Of a DNA stretch of 64,000 bases, positions 60,301 to 64,000 are shown piece by piece (within the stretch, counting starts at the first letter, position 1; every line of letters starts with the position of its first letter). A model generated the notes under the pieces. The model had not been told where the DNA came from. It saw only the letters and a program-made list of their open reading frames with translations, and searched no databases. This DNA comes from Amoebophrya sp. A120 (Eukaryota > Protista > Dinoflagellata). The stretch lies in contig CAJINV010000003.1 of NCBI GenBank assembly GCA_905178155.1, positions 9,617,979 to 9,681,978 on the forward strand, written 5' to 3'. The translations under genes and the position numbers were made by a program.

Positions 60301-63300
60301 CGTGGGCTCGTCAGACGGTAGGTAGATAGCTTGGTCGGCGGTGAGGGTCGCTGAAGTGGATTTGGATTAGGATTCGGGATGGTTTGTTACGTATACGCTC
60401 AAAACCATCCAGCACCGTTTTGAGCTATAGCGGTCTGTCTACCGGTAGCGCTGCGCCCTCTCAAGCCCGGGCGGTCGCTGTCACGATATGTGTCTGGTGC
60501 ATACGAGGACCTAGCCACGCAAATAACGGTCTGCAAGACCCTGCGAAGCTCGCAGCTTCATCCTATCTAAACACTTCTACACCAACTAGCACAATTCCAA
60601 CACTTACTTTTCGCAATATGACGCATGGCAATATGTAAAAATGACTGCTGTTGCTGGTCTTTACATAAAACGACCGGCGGCCTAATGGACGTCGGGCCCC
60701 GGGCGTGGACCTGGCAGCGACCGTCGGTCGCCCGTGCTGAAAGGCCAACTGTGCTGCCGGTCTACTTGTTGGAAGCCCCTCCTTTCGGCGATTTCACTAC
60801 CCGGAGAGGGCCACCCAGCGATCTCGAGAACTACTGCGGGCGCGGCCTACTGGAACCAACTCCCTGACTGCGCGAAGGGTTCCGCCATGGACGCCCCCTC
60901 GTCGCAGCGTGTCCTTCACGAGGCCAGCAAGTCCGAACTGCTCAAAATTCAGCGTCGTGCGAAAAGGTGCTCTTGTGATTAGGTGCGCCAGCGCTTCGCC
61001 CACGAAGAGAAAGCATTTGGCGCACATTCCCAAACTGCCTGCGCATGTGTGTCATCCTCTGGGGTGGCCGTCTTTGGAGATTTCCCCTCCGGAATACAGG
61101 AGGCACCGGCCCCCGCTAACGCATGGAGAGCCACGTCCCGGAATCAGAAAAAAAGTGCCACGGGGCGGGCGGGTGGGAAAAGCGCGAAACGGCGCCCCCT
61201 GGTGCCGCGACTGCAACAGCCGGCAAGTTGCGGCTCCTGCAACGGGGACGCCAGCCGCAGAAGCAAGGCCTCTTTGCCAAGAATGAATAGCGAACGAGCA
61301 TCGCGCCTGGCGGGGCTGCAGGGCCTCGCCATCATAACCATGAATGGAAAAAGGCACCCAGCAAAGCCCCGCGCGCTCGCACAGGGGCGCGCGCTGGAAT
61401 AATGGCCGCAGAGCCCGCCACCAATTCGGGCGGGGCCGGTTTAATAGATCGGGCCGCCCGGCGCAAACAATGCGGCCCTCCCATTGCTGACAGCGCAGCA
61501 CGGCGATGGTGCTGCCCGTTTCAGGTTTTGGCGCGTTGTCGCTGTCAAGCGCAACACAAGCCACGTACGCCCCGCCTTTAGAGATATGCGCCGCGGCTCA
61601 ATTACTCCGCTACACCGAAAGGCAGAGGGGCAAAATAGCCCAAGAAGCCAGGCCTGACTACCCATGCCGGTTCGGCGCAGGAAGGCCTGCCCGTCGGGGC
61701 CCATCTGCCAGACCTGCCTTCCGGGCTCGGTCGCCCGGACCGTAATCGCCGGCGCGTTCTTGCAATCGATTGAAGCGCAAAACGCCGCGCGAAAGTGCGC
61801 GCGCTTGCAATTGTATCAAATTCATCCACGTAACGATAGGACTGCGCTGCTCGCAAAACTGTGGCTGCCGCAAGGCGTCTGCGCGGCTGTAACGGCTGTG
61901 AGCGGCTTTCGCGGTTACAGCAGTCTCCTGCCACCTGCCGAGCACGCCTTCCTTGGCCAGCTTCCCGCTCCCTGCCTGCTCGGCCCTTCTGCAGGTCGAA
62001 GCCCCATCAAATTCTGCTGCTGGTCTTCACCTTCGGGCTTTGCTTTTCGTTTTTGTTTTCAGGTTTGCTCTTTGCTTTTGCTTTTTCGCTTTTCTTTGCT
62101 TTTTGCCTTTGGTAGCTTTTTGCGCTTTCGCTTTTGGTTCCCCGTTGGCTTTGCTTTCATGTTGCGGAGTATTAGTTTGGCCGTCGCAAGTCTACGCGTA
62201 GCAAGGGCCGCGCGCCATCTTGCTAGGCAGTGCCGCTCGTATCTAAATCTCTCTCTATGTAGCAACGAACAGAGAGAGTGCGCAAAGTAGTGGAGCAATA
62301 AGCGACATACCCGGCTTCTTCTTGTCCGACACATCTACCCAATCCGGAGAAAAAGCATCGCGCTCGCATTAGGTAATCTCATCGCAGCCCAGCACTCGAG
62401 GACGAGAGAAAGCATGCGCGAGGAGGCCCGCAGCCTCCTGGCTACGAAAGTCGCAAGGGCGGCGCTCTTCATCCGGTTGCGGGCGCGGCACGGAATACGC
62501 CAAAGCCCCCCAAGCGCTTGCGCACTTCGCCACTGCAAGCGGCGCTCCCCCTACTAGCATGCAATGACCCCGCAGGCGGCGGACTTCTTGCATCTTGGCG
62601 AAGCCAACCTCGCGCATTCTAGCAAAAGCAGGGCGGGCCCGCCGCGTCACGCCCTGGCGCGCTTTCCCTTTTTTCCAAGCACAGGCGCTGCCGCCTTATT
62701 ACGTCCGGCGCCGCGCAAGCAGTCGGCCCATCGAGGGCGCCGCTTTTTCGTTCGGACAACGCGGGCCACAATGGCGCCTGCGCCACGCGCGCGGGCGACT
62801 TGTCTCCCGGTCCCGCCAAACTGCGCCCGCCTTCGAGGGCCCATAACAAAGAACCCGGCAGGCTGGGCCGAAGGCGGCCTTCGCCCGGGGGGCGCCGCTT
62901 TTGCCGGACCACTTGCTTGAGCTTTCCAAGCGGTACACGGTAGAGCCCCGCGGTAGAAAATGCAACGCCGGCGCGGCCCGAGCCAAGTGGGCGCCGCAGC
63001 ACTTTCAGCCACAAAAACGTTTCCGGGCGTGTCGCTTTCTGGGTGACGAAAAAGCCGCCGGGGCTGAACGTTTGCCAACTCGAAACACACCAGAGGCTCC
63101 CTGCGCTGGCATCTGTGGAACGAAAGCAGCGGCATTACTGTAGGAGAGAAAAGAAAAAGCCGAATCTTCAGAGAGCACGCAAGCAAAAGAGCTGGGCTGC
63201 GAGGGTTCCCACGCACTTAGCTGTGGCGCCGCCAATTGGCCTCGCCGCCCCTTTCGCTTTCCATGAGCCATGCAGCTGGCACATGTCGCAGGAAGAACGC

Positions 63301-64000
63301 GTCGGCTGTTTCTTTGTGTGTTGTGGCCGTCCTGGGAAGGTTGGAGCACAAACGCACGCCCCCGGCCGCCTTCCTGTTCTCGGCCGGCCTCCCGCCGGTC
63401 GAACGTCCCGTGGCCAGCAGGCAGCTGCTTGCCAGTTCAGTCCGTGGTTGGCACATTGGGGATGCGCGCGGGCAACCGGCTCGAACTGGGCCAATGGAGA
63501 ACGCACTGGCCCTCGAGCGTGCCTGCTGTGCTGCCTTCAAAGCACGCGCCGCGAGGGGAGCGCGCCGCTCCCTTCTGACCCCGCGAAATCTGCGACCCCG
63601 TCCGTCACTGGGGGCGCCGCAGCAGGCTGCGCGTGCCGCGGTTCTTCTCGCCACTCCACCAAGCGCTGCAAGCCTGCTGGCACTTTGGCCTCCCGCCCGG
63701 TCATTTTCTTGTCCACTATCACATACCGCCAGCGGAGGCGGGGCAGCGGCCGCTCGCTCTGAATACCACGGCCACAGCGGCCCTATCGCGCTACCTGGAA
63801 AGGCCCTCGCCGATTTTCTTCTTGCGGTGCACAGAGTGTAGCTGCCGCCTTTCGCTTCAGGTAATAAGCCGGATGGTGGTCCAGGTCCCTGCGCGTCGGC
63901 CGTTTTCCTCTATGGAAAACGACACCAACAAGCGCCACCAGTGCCTCTCTCATTGCCGCCCCGCTGCAGAGATGCCAACTACTAGCGCGGCAACCTTCTG

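Noticed and set aside
62040-62160. Lys/Ala-rich minus-strand tract resembling a histone-like or DVNP protein
   Set aside because: Short low-complexity stretch inside relic DNA, with no start, splice structure or conserved domain.

Overview
Eukaryotic, intron-containing genomic DNA. The protein styles and copia lineages suggest an alveolate of the dinoflagellate lineage, possibly a Syndiniales such as Amoebophrya; this is inference only. A central island of normal composition (~25-41.7 kb) holds spliced RPL36, spliced UAP56/DDX39B, an ankyrin-repeat gene and two unknown ORFs. A single-exon ARM-repeat gene lies at 2-4 kb. A young, full-length Ty1/copia LTR retrotransposon (14440-20989, CTTTC target-site duplication) is nested in an older copia on the opposite strand. 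Most of the rest is transposon relic DNA driven to very high GC, with selective loss of TpC/GpA dinucleotides. This apparent 'reverse-RIP' erosion of repeats is the most striking signal. The young element has gag and pol in one frame separated by a single TGA (candidate readthrough). It also has a non-canonical primer-binding site resembling a tRNA-Ser(AGA) 5' half, and two 4-bp footprint-like insertions. Several ankyrin-gene introns are flanked by 5-7 bp direct repeats, as expected of transposon-derived introns. Most ORFs in the supplied track are spurious products of the GC-rich relics.
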